IMG/VR virus record: IMGVR_UViG_3300025087_000034
Strand: one strand, 5' to 3'
Length of the DNA stretch: 64,000 nt
Source: a virus
Taxonomy: Duplodnaviria; Caudoviricetes
The notes below the pieces were generated by a model that had not been told where the DNA came from, did no database searches, and saw nothing but the letters and a program-made list of their open reading frames with translations. Made by a program: the position numbers and the translations under genes. Below, one piece after another: positions 8,122 through 16,209 of the stretch (the first letter of the stretch is position 1; every line of letters starts with the position of its first letter).

Positions 8122-9285
8122 TTATTCTTTGACCTTGGAGAGCCAAGGTCGTTTGCGTTCGGGGTGGGGGGTCCCTTGGACCCATCGAGGGAAGTACTTG
8201 CGGCGGGGCTGTGGGTGGAGGAGTTCGTGTTTTTCCTTTTCGGTGATAGGCCTCGGCATCCAAGGTCTGGTTGCTCGGCTTGGGGTGGAAAGACCTCGAA
8301 GGGGCTCCTCACCTCGAATTATCTTGTTAGCAAGTTTCATCAGCTTGCTTTTGTGGATAGGAGCTAGGATGGCTCCGACCCATGCTGTTTTATTTCCCAG
8401 CGCCTCCATTTTGCGGCATTGGGTGTTGTTGATATCGATAGCCTCGATTAGGCGAGTACGCGCTTTTTTGACTTGCTCGATGGACGAGCAAGACAATAGG
8501 TAGCTGTGAAGCCAGCGGTATCTGAGCTCCCGACTTCGGGTGAGGCTTTCTAGCCACCCGAAGAGGGGCTTGTTGGAGTCGTGAGCTTGTTCGGCTGCCC
8601 GTCGAGCTTTTTCCTCGCTGATGTAGCAATCACCCTCGGCTTCTAGCCGAGTCCTGGTTTGGTCGAGGACAACGTCCTCGCTTTCCACCACTGGGTGGAA
8701 AGAAATGTCGATGTCTTCGTCCGCGAAGGCACCGGACTTAATCCAGGCTGACCGAGTCAGTCCAGGTCGGTCGGTTTCGACTTCTTTCATTTTAGCATTG
8801 ACTGTTAGCGCACAATCAAATGCGTCTGCTCGGTCTGCACCGAGCGAAAGAAGTTCGATGAAGGTTACTCGGTGAATGGAAATTGGGTCCAATTCATAGG
8901 GTCCAATCTCGTCTCCAAACAGATTGGTGAGTTCTTCATTCACCATATCAAGTTCTTTGATGGGGGTTTCATGGAGATCGACAATCTCCATGTTGTAAGC
9001 GAGGTCTTGATCGGCCTCGCTAAACTGCATTTCGGCTTGGGAATAAAGCCGTTTTCTGCGAACGAACCCCCGGGGGGTTGTTTCCGATTCCATTCCGAAG
9101 GTGACTCCTTCTTCGAGGAGATCACCTGCCGGGATGGATACTCCCCAGCTGGTTTGGAGAGTTTTCCAAAGCTCGTCAAAGTTTGTCATGGGGAATCTCC
9201 TTGCGAGTTCCGCAGAAAAGGGTTTTTCTGCAGCCCCCCGAAACGAAGAATCCGTTCGGGGGAGGTTTTTATTTTCGGCTTCCAT
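8122..9285 (-). CDS. Unknown 387-aa protein, paralog of 13570..14652
   Basis: Shared blocks G.EIGPYE, LFGWL..RYRWL.SYLLSC, ARTRLIEAIDINN, AWVGAIL.P, RPWMP. Confidence 0.8.
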   Translation of the reverse strand: MEAENKNLPRTDSSFRGAAEKPFSAELARRFPMTNFDELWKTLQTSWGVSIPAGDLLEEGVTFGMESETTPRGFVRRKRLYSQAEMQFSEADQDLAYNMEIVDLHETPIKELDMVNEELTNLFGDEIGPYELDPISIHRVTFIELLSLGADRADAFDCALTVNAKMKEVETDRPGLTRSAWIKSGAFADEDIDISFHPVVESEDVVLDQTRTRLEAEGDCYISEEKARRAAEQAHDSNKPLFGWLESLTRSRELRYRWLHSYLLSCSSIEQVKKARTRLIEAIDINNTQCRKMEALGNKTAWVGAILAPIHKSKLMKLANKIIRGEEPLRGLSTPSRATRPWMPRPITEKEKHELLHPQPRRKYFPRWVQGTPHPERKRPWLSKVKE

Positions 9286-9361
9286 TTGTCTTTTAGCCGA
9301 AAATAAAAGCTGACACCGGACTTCCGACAGCAGGGTTACGTTGCATCGTCTAAACTCGCGA

Positions 9362-9389
9362 TTGACACAATATGTTAGTTAGTTAGTAT
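9362..9389 (+). promoter_or_regulatory. sigma70-type promoter facing the candidate ncRNA
   Basis: TTGACA-N16-TAGTAT. Confidence 0.55.
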
Positions 9390-9395
9390 AGTAGA

Positions 9396-9697
9396 TAATA
9401 GTATCTTCTACCTTAGGCCGGTGAATGGGAGACACCAAGCGAGTTGCGAGGGCAACGTTTTGACTGAGTTGGCAAGACCTTGCAGGCTTTGGTGCAAGGG
9501 AAGTGCCAACGAAGGAGAGACGTCACCCGAGTAGATTTCTTAGCTTGGTGTTGACCCCCCACGAATAGAAGTGAAGGCGCAGACTTTGCTTTGCAAAGTA
9601 TGTGACTGAACGGTGAGTGGGGCTTTTTTCACCGGAGTCCCTGGGGAGGGAATGCCCCAGGGACCTACCCGAGGCGCCTTGCGCCGAGGGTTTTTTT
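9396..9697 (+). ncRNA. Candidate structured ncRNA (~300 nt), unknown family
   Basis: Eight mutually nested helices plus a 10-bp hairpin and a GC hairpin with T7; no ORF (see findings). Confidence 0.7.
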
Positions 9698-10151
9698 CTT
9701 GCGTTAGCTTGACCGTAGGGTAGCTGGTTTCCAGCTAGTCCGAAGGACCGAGCGGAGCGAGCCCGGAGGGGAAGCGGCCAGATGCTTCATCTGGCAACGC
9801 CCAAATCTTCAATTATTTTTTCAACTTATACATCTCATTTTGGACATTATAAAAATATATATACACCACCATTAGTAAGTAAGAACAATACAAATGTATT
9901 AATAGTATCTTGTTTTTTTATTTCTCAATATATGTGTTTACTTGTGTAGGCTGAAGTTGAGAAGTAGCGAAGCGAGCAACGCGAGCGGAGCAGTTAGGCT
10001 GGCACGGGAGTTGCATAAGCAACTCACGTGTCAGCCGGAATAATATTGCACGACACGTGACGGCCCGTAAGGGCCGGCACGGGGCGTGCTACATTTTTGA
10101 AGTAAAAGAGTTAGGTTTCCTTCTTCTCCCCTCTTTTATCTGTTTCTTGTT

Positions 10152-10424
10152 TTAGCAGTCCAGGTCTACCATGACGGGGTGGCCGTATTGATGGGCAGGT
10201 GCCAACACAACCAGGTAGTAGCCACATCCCGGCTCGACAGCACTCTGGCTTACCCCACGCACGTCACAAGGAGTGGCCCTGATCGCTACTTTTACAGCGT
10301 CAGATGTTGACCAGTGTGCATCATAGTAGCTATGCATGTCGATCGCTACATTGTATGCCCACTTTCCGCTACCCTTTTTGAATAGGTTGCCTTCCACGAT
10401 ACTATCGTTGGTGCAATATCCCAT
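10152..10424 (-). CDS. Hypothetical protein
   Basis: 90-aa ORF with AAGGAAAAG leader. Confidence 0.6.
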   Translation of the reverse strand: MGYCTNDSIVEGNLFKKGSGKWAYNVAIDMHSYYDAHWSTSDAVKVAIRATPCDVRGVSQSAVEPGCGYYLVVLAPAHQYGHPVMVDLDC

Positions 10425-10448
10425 TGTTCTTTTCCTTTGTAGGAAGAA

Positions 10449-10479
10449 AAAATCCCACCCGAAGGGAGGCTGGGATTTT
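10449..10479. terminator. Bidirectional terminator-like hairpin
   Basis: AAAATCCCA-CCCGAAGGG-AGGC-TGGGATTTT; a sister element lies at 11454-11487. Confidence 0.65.
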
Positions 10480-10509
10480 GAAACGCTCTGTGTTTTAGTA
10501 GGACCTTTA

Positions 10510-10890
10510 TCATTTCAATGAGGGTAGTTCTACTATCCCATATTTGATAAATAGGGCGTTCAGTGCTTCTTTATGGGTCCTACCAGGGTAAGTTCCTGTG
10601 GTATTGTCCCATTTGCTGATGTAGGTGCGTGGTGAGGTGCAGTGGTCGTCTAGCCAATTATGGATTGTTGCGGCGATGACTTTTGCTGTATAGTAAGCTT
10701 TTTCGGTAGCGTCCCAATCACGATTGAAATCTTTCATGAATAGGGAGCTTCCAACCTTGCCTCTGTAGCCGGCTCGTTGTATTAGTAGCCTAACATACTT
10801 AGCGTTTTCCGGGATTAGGTCTCTCCTATCTCCTCGTAAACATTGATATATCTTTGGCGGTGCTTTTGAAAAGCAGGCTTTGTTTAGCAT
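10510..10890 (-). CDS. Hypothetical protein
   Basis: 126-aa ORF with AGGAAA leader. Confidence 0.6.
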   Translation of the reverse strand: MLNKACFSKAPPKIYQCLRGDRRDLIPENAKYVRLLIQRAGYRGKVGSSLFMKDFNRDWDATEKAYYTAKVIAATIHNWLDDHCTSPRTYISKWDNTTGTYPGRTHKEALNALFIKYGIVELPSLK

Positions 10891-10944
10891 TGTATTTCCT
10901 GAGGGCAGGGGTTATAGGGGGCTGGCAAGCTCTCTGAAGAATCT

Positions 10945-11124
10945 CTACTTGTACACCTCCACGGTCTCGTCGTTCTCGTGGAATACGAGGACCCCGCCCT
11001 TGGTTTTGAGATTGACCCAACCAACCTCGAGCTTGTCGAGGGTTGCGTCACCTTCGTACACTTGTCCGGTGATGTTGCAGGCTACCGTTCCGGGAACAGT
11101 AACCAGGTTCTTTTCTGTTCGCAT
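10945..11124 (-). CDS. Hypothetical 59-aa protein
   Basis: TAGGAG RBS; MRTEKNLVTVPGTVACNITGQVYEGDATLDKLEVGWVNLKTKGGVLVFHENDETVEVYK. Confidence 0.6.
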   Translation of the reverse strand: MRTEKNLVTVPGTVACNITGQVYEGDATLDKLEVGWVNLKTKGGVLVFHENDETVEVYK

Positions 11125-11133
11125 TTTGTTCTC

Positions 11134-11376
11134 CTATGGGTTTCTCACCAAGGTGAAAAACGGGTTGTGGGTAAGCCCCTTACCCCAAGCAAGGGCTTTC
11201 ACCCTTGCCTCGTTGTTCATTTCCACGCAAAGGTCGTGAACGACCTTTGTGAGTTCTGAACTAAATCCCCGCCTTGCTCGGGGGTCCAGAACGTTGGACA
11301 AGCAGCGCTCAAGGCGGTGCTTTTTTTGAAGGAGATGCTCGATTTTCATGTTGGCCTCCTTGCCCATATTGGGCAA
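11134..11376 (-). CDS. Hypothetical protein (start probably MKIEH after AGGAGG)
   Basis: ORF with a strong RBS. Confidence 0.6.
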   Translation of the reverse strand: MPNMGKEANMKIEHLLQKKHRLERCLSNVLDPRARRGFSSELTKVVHDLCVEMNNEARVKALAWGKGLTHNPFFTLVRNP

Positions 11377-11453
11377 AATGTTCAGAAATTCAGCAGAAAA
11401 GATTTAGTACCCGATGAGGTTGGAGGGCACTATTCTTTTCTGCTGATCATGGA

Positions 11454-11487
11454 AAAACCCAGCACGCCCGAAGGGCGGCTGGGTTTT
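11454..11487. terminator. Bidirectional terminator-like hairpin
   Basis: AAAACCCAGC-ACGCCCGAAGGGCG-GCTGGGTTTT. Confidence 0.65.
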
Positions 11488-11492
11488 AGGTA

Positions 11493-11660
11493 CTAGAGGT
11501 ATCCGGAGGCGTAGTAATCTGCCTCCATCGCTTCCAAGTCTTCCTGGTGGCCATCTGCCACCAAGAAAAAATCACAAGCTAGGGCGTACGCCCTAGTGTA
11601 TGATAATCTCCAGCGAGCACGGGGGCGGGGCCCTCTCCATCGGAGGTTCTTTTTCATCAT
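11493..11660 (-). CDS. Hypothetical 55-aa protein
   Basis: Manual translation MMKKNLRWRGPRPRARWRLSYTRAYALACDFFLVADGHQEDLEAMEADYYASGYL; it is preceded by the shared leader motif. Confidence 0.4.
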   Translation of the reverse strand: MMKKNLRWRGPRPRARWRLSYTRAYALACDFFLVADGHQEDLEAMEADYYASGYL

Positions 11661-11795
11661 CTTTTTTCTCTTTTTCTGCCCAATTTGGGCAGCAAGTTCG
11701 AAAATTCAGCAGAAAAAGGAATCTCCAGGGGTAGAAAGAGACAGGGGTTATAGGGGGCTGGCAAGCCCCCTAAGAAGGGGGTCCATCAGAACATG

Positions 11796-12278
11796 TTAGA
11801 GACCAACCTTGTCCATGCGAACCACCTCAATGCCCAGGCGCTCCGCAATGAGCAGGCCCTGGCCAGTGCCCCCCAGCCCCCATTGGTTGGGCTTGGGCCA
11901 GGCGTACACGAGAGAACTCCCCTCGATGATGAGGAAGTTCCGAGCGTGAAGCGCCCTAGCCCCACTACTCAGGCGGTCAGCCGCCGGGTGCAGCCGAACC
12001 GACTCCCTCGCGGCCTTGTGCTCAGGACCAAGCACAAGAACCTGGGCACCCAGCTTCTGAGCCTGGCCCACCCAGGGGGCCTCGTACGAGGCCCAGGGCA
12101 AGCACAGGGTAACCTGGCCACCGACCCTCAGGGCGCCAGCAGCGAAGGCCTGGTCGGCTCCTGTGCAGGCCCCTGTCCTCAAGGTCCATCCCAGCTCAGC
12201 TAACACCTCCCCGACTGCAGAGCAAGCGGTCAGTTCTGTAAGGGATAACCGTCGACTGCCAATACCTGCGTATTCCAT
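11796..12278 (-). CDS. SLOG-superfamily (DprA/Smf-like) protein
   Basis: YAGIGSR, LRTGACTGADQAF, LHARN, GGTGQG motifs; GAGGAGGTG RBS. Confidence 0.8.
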   Translation of the reverse strand: MEYAGIGSRRLSLTELTACSAVGEVLAELGWTLRTGACTGADQAFAAGALRVGGQVTLCLPWASYEAPWVGQAQKLGAQVLVLGPEHKAARESVRLHPAADRLSSGARALHARNFLIIEGSSLVYAWPKPNQWGLGGTGQGLLIAERLGIEVVRMDKVGL

Positions 12279-12357
12279 GGGGGCACCTCCTCACAAATTC
12301 AGCAGAAAAATAAAAAGGTAGGTATATAAAGAAAGGTAGATATTGGAGACAGAGGTG

Positions 12358-12801
12358 AGCGAAGGCGCGAGGAGTTGCGTAAGCAACTCTCGTGCCGCAG
12401 CGAAAGGGGTTGCAAGCCCCCTGACAGGCCGCTTTGGGCCTGGCGGGGGGCTTGCTCCGGCTGTCTTCTATATATAATAATGCAGATTACCTTAAGCGCG
12501 GAGGTAAGAGAGTTGCGTGAGCAACTATCTTACCGTAGCGAAATGAGCTTTGAGGGAGCGAAGGCGCGAGGAGTTGCGTAAGCAACTCTCGTGTCGCAGC
12601 GGAAGGGGTTGCAAGCCCCGTGACTGACCGACCGAAGGGAGGGCAGGCGGGGGGCTTGCTCGGGGCGAAGCGAGCGCAGCGAGCGGAGCGGGGAGCGGAG
12701 GCGCGAGGAGTTGCGTAAGCAACTCTCGTGCCGCAGCGAAAGGGGTTGCAAGCCCCCTGACAGGCCGCTTTGGGCCTGGCGGGGGGCTTGCTCCGGCTGT
12801 C
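12358..12801. repeat. Triplicated GC-rich hairpin cassette
   Basis: Exact 102-bp direct repeat at 12364-12465 and 12700-12801, a variant copy at 12557-12661, and a partial hairpin at 12502-12534. Confidence 0.92.
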
Positions 12802-13326
12802 CATTCTTTAATGAATACCCTACGATTTCGAGGCTGCCTAAAATTTAGCGCGGGCTAAAAAGAATTTAACACCTGAGCTTAAAATACTATCATATTATTC
12901 CATATACCAGAATAAGGATATTTCTTCAGACTATAAATACATGTTTGGGGATGAAAAAAGACATACCCACCAGTACAGGTCAGAATTGACTTTTATTTTG
13001 TTGGTCTATATTTATTGATTGGGTAGGATTGTTTAAACGTATTTTTGTTAGCCCGCCGAATAAAAACCTGGGTATTTAACAAAATTGTCGTCCCGTATAT
13101 ACGTCAACATAAACGTGTGTTGGTGTATAATGTCCTTACCTATCTTCCCCACTTATAACAATCCATAATGAATTGTACTTATTTTTGTGGCTCTATCTTT
13201 GGGTTTGGGGGTTATGTACAATCGTACCTTGTAAGAGAAAACCCAGGGATTCTAGGGATTTACAGTCCAGTGTGTCCGACTAGGTATGAGAGGGGCAGGG
13301 GTGGGGGCGTCCAGCCCCCTCCCTGT

Positions 13327-13524
13327 TTAGGTGTGGTAATAGTGTCCGTTTAGACACTCCAAAGTTTCCCTGTCTGGGGAATGTTCCAACCATTCCCCAC
13401 AAACAGGGCACTTCGCCGTGAAACCCACACCCAACCAAGGATCTACCCCTAACCAAGGATGTCCAAACTTGTACTCCTCGCACATGCGAGTCCAATTCTC
13501 AAACGAAATCAATTTCTTTTCCAT
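13327..13524 (-). CDS. Small Zn-ribbon-like protein
   Basis: CPVCG..ECLNGH motif; GGAGG RBS. Confidence 0.55.
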   Translation of the reverse strand: MEKKLISFENWTRMCEEYKFGHPWLGVDPWLGVGFTAKCPVCGEWLEHSPDRETLECLNGHYYHT

Positions 13525-13569
13525 GTTTCTTTTCCTCCCTAGCCCCCCCCGTGGGGGGGGCTGTTTGGG

Positions 13570-14652
13570 TTAGGGTAGCCAAGGACGTTTGTTCCTATCC
13601 GGCTTTACCAGACAAGGAACCAAAGACCGTTCCCTAAGAAGCTCATTAGTAAGTTTCATTAGGGATCTTTTCTGGCTTGGATTGAGTATTGCCGCAACCC
13701 AAGCCTCAGAGTTTTTCTTTTCTACCTTTCGTATCATCTTATTGTTTCGGTCAATGCTTTCGATAAGCCGTGACCTAGCAATCTTGACTTCCCTTTTTGT
13801 TTGGCATGACAAAAAATACCTGTAAAGCCAAACATACCTTTGTGAACGAAAGTTCACAACTTGGTCAAGATATCCAAATAGCTTTTTCTCACTATCTGGA
13901 GAATTGAGAAAAGCCTCAATTTGGGTTTGTTCTTCTATGTGTCCTTCCCGTTCCCTTTCCATTGGGGAAAGGGTAAAGTCCACCATTTCATCCTTACCCA
14001 AAATAATGGGCTCGAAACCTACTTTAGTAGGCTCAGAAGGTTCCGAACCATGCCATTCCTGTTTCAATCTTGCTTGTTTGCGGGAAAAGAAACGGAAATA
14101 CGAACGATGAAAGTGTCTACCTGCCCTAAGACTAGCGTCGCTTCCTATCTTAGAGTTAGCTTCATTTCGAGCCTTCCTGTAAAAGGATAACCAATACCAA
14201 TGTCCCCTTTCCTCCCTTGCTCTAACAAGGGCTTGGAAGTATAGGGCCCAATCAAGGGCCTGGTCAATCGAGGCCCCTAGGTCAATCATGGTGCGGTACT
14301 CTCCAGTATGATAGTCTACCTCGATTGTTTCGTATGGTCCAATGTCTGAACCATATATTCCCCATATGTCTGAAACATATGGATCCAAAGCCTTGGGATT
14401 GTCTTTTTCTGACAACCCTTCTAACTCATGGCTTTGGGTATTAAATACCCTGGTTGTTCTTTCATCTTCTATGTTGCACTCATGTCCTGAGTCCAACATT
14501 TCCCCCAAGTTTGTTTCCTTATTCCAATTAGAAGAACCATAGCAGGGTTCCTCCACTGTTTGTTCCCTTGTTTTTACAAGGGAAAGAAGAACGGAAGCAA
14601 TGAAGCCTTGCTTCCAGTATTCCTTTTTTCTCTTTCCTACGTATCCGTACAT
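13570..14652 (-). CDS. Unknown 360-aa protein, paralog of 8122..9285
   Basis: GSDIGPYE, LFGYL..RYVWLYRYFLSC, ARSRLIESIDRNN, AWVAAILNP, RPWLP. Confidence 0.8.
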   Translation of the reverse strand: MYGYVGKRKKEYWKQGFIASVLLSLVKTREQTVEEPCYGSSNWNKETNLGEMLDSGHECNIEDERTTRVFNTQSHELEGLSEKDNPKALDPYVSDIWGIYGSDIGPYETIEVDYHTGEYRTMIDLGASIDQALDWALYFQALVRAREERGHWYWLSFYRKARNEANSKIGSDASLRAGRHFHRSYFRFFSRKQARLKQEWHGSEPSEPTKVGFEPIILGKDEMVDFTLSPMEREREGHIEEQTQIEAFLNSPDSEKKLFGYLDQVVNFRSQRYVWLYRYFLSCQTKREVKIARSRLIESIDRNNKMIRKVEKKNSEAWVAAILNPSQKRSLMKLTNELLRERSLVPCLVKPDRNKRPWLP

Positions 14653-14722
14653 TTTCCATTCTCCTTTCCTGGTTAGAATTTCATCATAGCGCCAAATTTT
14701 TCTTGGGCGCTATAAAAAAACA

Positions 14723-14932
14723 CTAACCCAAACCCTTACGGAAATCCTCCGGAGAAACAACCTCCGGATAAAGAACCGTAAATGAAATCCTAGAGCAGGA
14801 TTTCATTACGAATCCCCTTTTGACAGGTCTCAAAAGAAGGTTCAATTCCTTTGCTTCGTCAAACCTCCCTAAGGGTCCGACATATGATGCCCCCCTATTG
14901 TCAATCAATTGCAAGAAGTATTCGTGTTTCAT
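14723..14932 (-). CDS. Hypothetical protein
   Basis: 69-aa ORF with AAGGA RBS. Confidence 0.5.
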   Translation of the reverse strand: MKHEYFLQLIDNRGASYVGPLGRFDEAKELNLLLRPVKRGFVMKSCSRISFTVLYPEVVSPEDFRKGLG

Positions 14933-14951
14933 GTTGTTGTCCTTTCCTCTG

Positions 14952-15323
14952 TTATCCGAAGTATTCTTTCAAGTGGCCGTTTTCGGCCATTGAAATGATT
15001 CTTCCATCCGTTCCGATAATGAAATGGTCTGTAAGGGTAAGGCCGTATTGAGTAAGAATAATGCTAACACGCCTTGTTGCTTTTATGTCTTGTGTTGACG
15101 GTTTAGCTTTCCCCTTGGGATGATTATGAATAAGAATAATGTATTGCGCTTGTAATTCCTTGGCTCTAGCAAGAATCTTTCCACAATCAAACCAGACCGT
15201 TTTAGTGGTACCCTCTGCTAGTTTTTCTAGCTTGACCTTCCCATTCCCAATGTATCCTACAAGAGCTATTTCTTTGCTCTCTTTGTGTAAAGCGTACCCT
15301 TTGATTTTCTCTAACAATTCCAT
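14952..15323 (-). CDS. radC: RadC-like JAB domain protein
   Basis: HNHP.G...PS.QD...T and DHFIIG JAB metal-binding motifs. Confidence 0.88.
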   Translation of the reverse strand: MELLEKIKGYALHKESKEIALVGYIGNGKVKLEKLAEGTTKTVWFDCGKILARAKELQAQYIILIHNHPKGKAKPSTQDIKATRRVSIILTQYGLTLTDHFIIGTDGRIISMAENGHLKEYFG

Positions 15324-15606
15324 TGGTTTCTCCCTTGTTAGGTGCTTATTCGCTTGCCCAATTTAGAATCAGACAAGCTGGTAAGAATCTAACTCCCTAG
15401 TATTGGCCTCAGTATAATCGTCCGGTCTGCTAGGGTCTCGACCTTGGTTTGCTTTTAGCCTTACAGGGTCTTTGTCGGGCCTTTTCCCGTGATATCCCTT
15501 TGGTTAGAAGGGACAGGGTATTTCGGTTGGTAAGTACCTCCTTTGTTATGATAGCGTGGTGAACCTAGCCGCTATCGAAACCATCAACCAACCACCCCGT
15601 TGTATA

Positions 15607-15623
15607 TGCACCATACATGCCAA
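15607..15623 (-). promoter_or_regulatory. sigma54 -24/-12 promoter
   Basis: Minus strand TTGGCATGTATGGTGCA = GG-N10-GC (consensus YTGGCACGRNNNTTGCW). Confidence 0.65.
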
Positions 15624-15637
15624 AGGGCGAAACCTAC

Positions 15638-15797
15638 TAACTAATTGAAATTGTTAGGCTCCGTTTTTACCGAGATTGACAAAGTATGACAAGAATGTCA
15701 TAGCGTTTTAGGAAAGTGAACGATTACAACATGTTAGTTACTCTCAGAAAACTGAGGCGAGTATCAAATTTCTGATAGCTACCATAACCAATTGAAA
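15638..15797. promoter_or_regulatory. IHF-like sites (15638-15650, 15785-15797) and palindromic UAS (15685-15702)
   Basis: TTTCAATTAGTTA and TTTCAATTGGTTA (one mismatch each to WATCAANNNNTTR); perfect palindrome TATGACA-AGAA-TGTCATA. Confidence 0.55.
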
Positions 15798-16174
15798 TTA
15801 TTTGTCTTTTGTTTTTCAGCTCCCCCTACCCCTATACCGATACTTTTACAGTATAGCCACCCCTCGGGCCGGGGGGCCTAATTACACCCTCTGAACCTAA
15901 AAACCCAATCATCCCCATCTTCATATAAATTCATATAAATTTATATATTTATTAAAATATCTAAATTTGGATAAGGGTTCGACCCCCAAGTATGGGGGGC
16001 AAACCCTACCCCCCACCAAGGGGGGGGGCCAACCCTACTATTTATCAAAAAAAACAAAATTTCTTCTTTACTTTTTTAATATTTCTTCCTATAATAAAAT
16101 ATAGATAAAAATCCGAACATGTTAAAAACAATTTGGGGGTTATAAAAAAATAATTTAATTTTATGCAATAAAAC

Positions 16175-16203
16175 TTTACATTTTTAATTTCTAGACCTAT
16201 AAT
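16175..16203 (+). promoter_or_regulatory. sigma70 promoter at the start of the rightward arm
   Basis: TTTACA-N17-TATAAT with an AT-rich upstream region. Confidence 0.75.
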
Positions 16204-16209
16204 ATAAAC

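Noticed and set aside
9469-9484. Second sigma54 promoter (TTGGCAAGACCTTGCA)
   Set aside because: The spacing is GG-N9-GC rather than N10, and the bases are explained by helices P4/P5 of the candidate RNA.
9396-9697. tmRNA, RNase P, or group I/II intron identity for the structured regions (also 16210-16545)
   Set aside because: There are no tRNA-like ends, no GAGGAAAGUCC/P4 motif, no domain V or P7 consensus, and no interrupted host gene.
12358-12801. CRISPR array
   Set aside because: The units are ~100-bp hairpins with irregular spacing and identical interiors, with no unique spacers and no cas genes.
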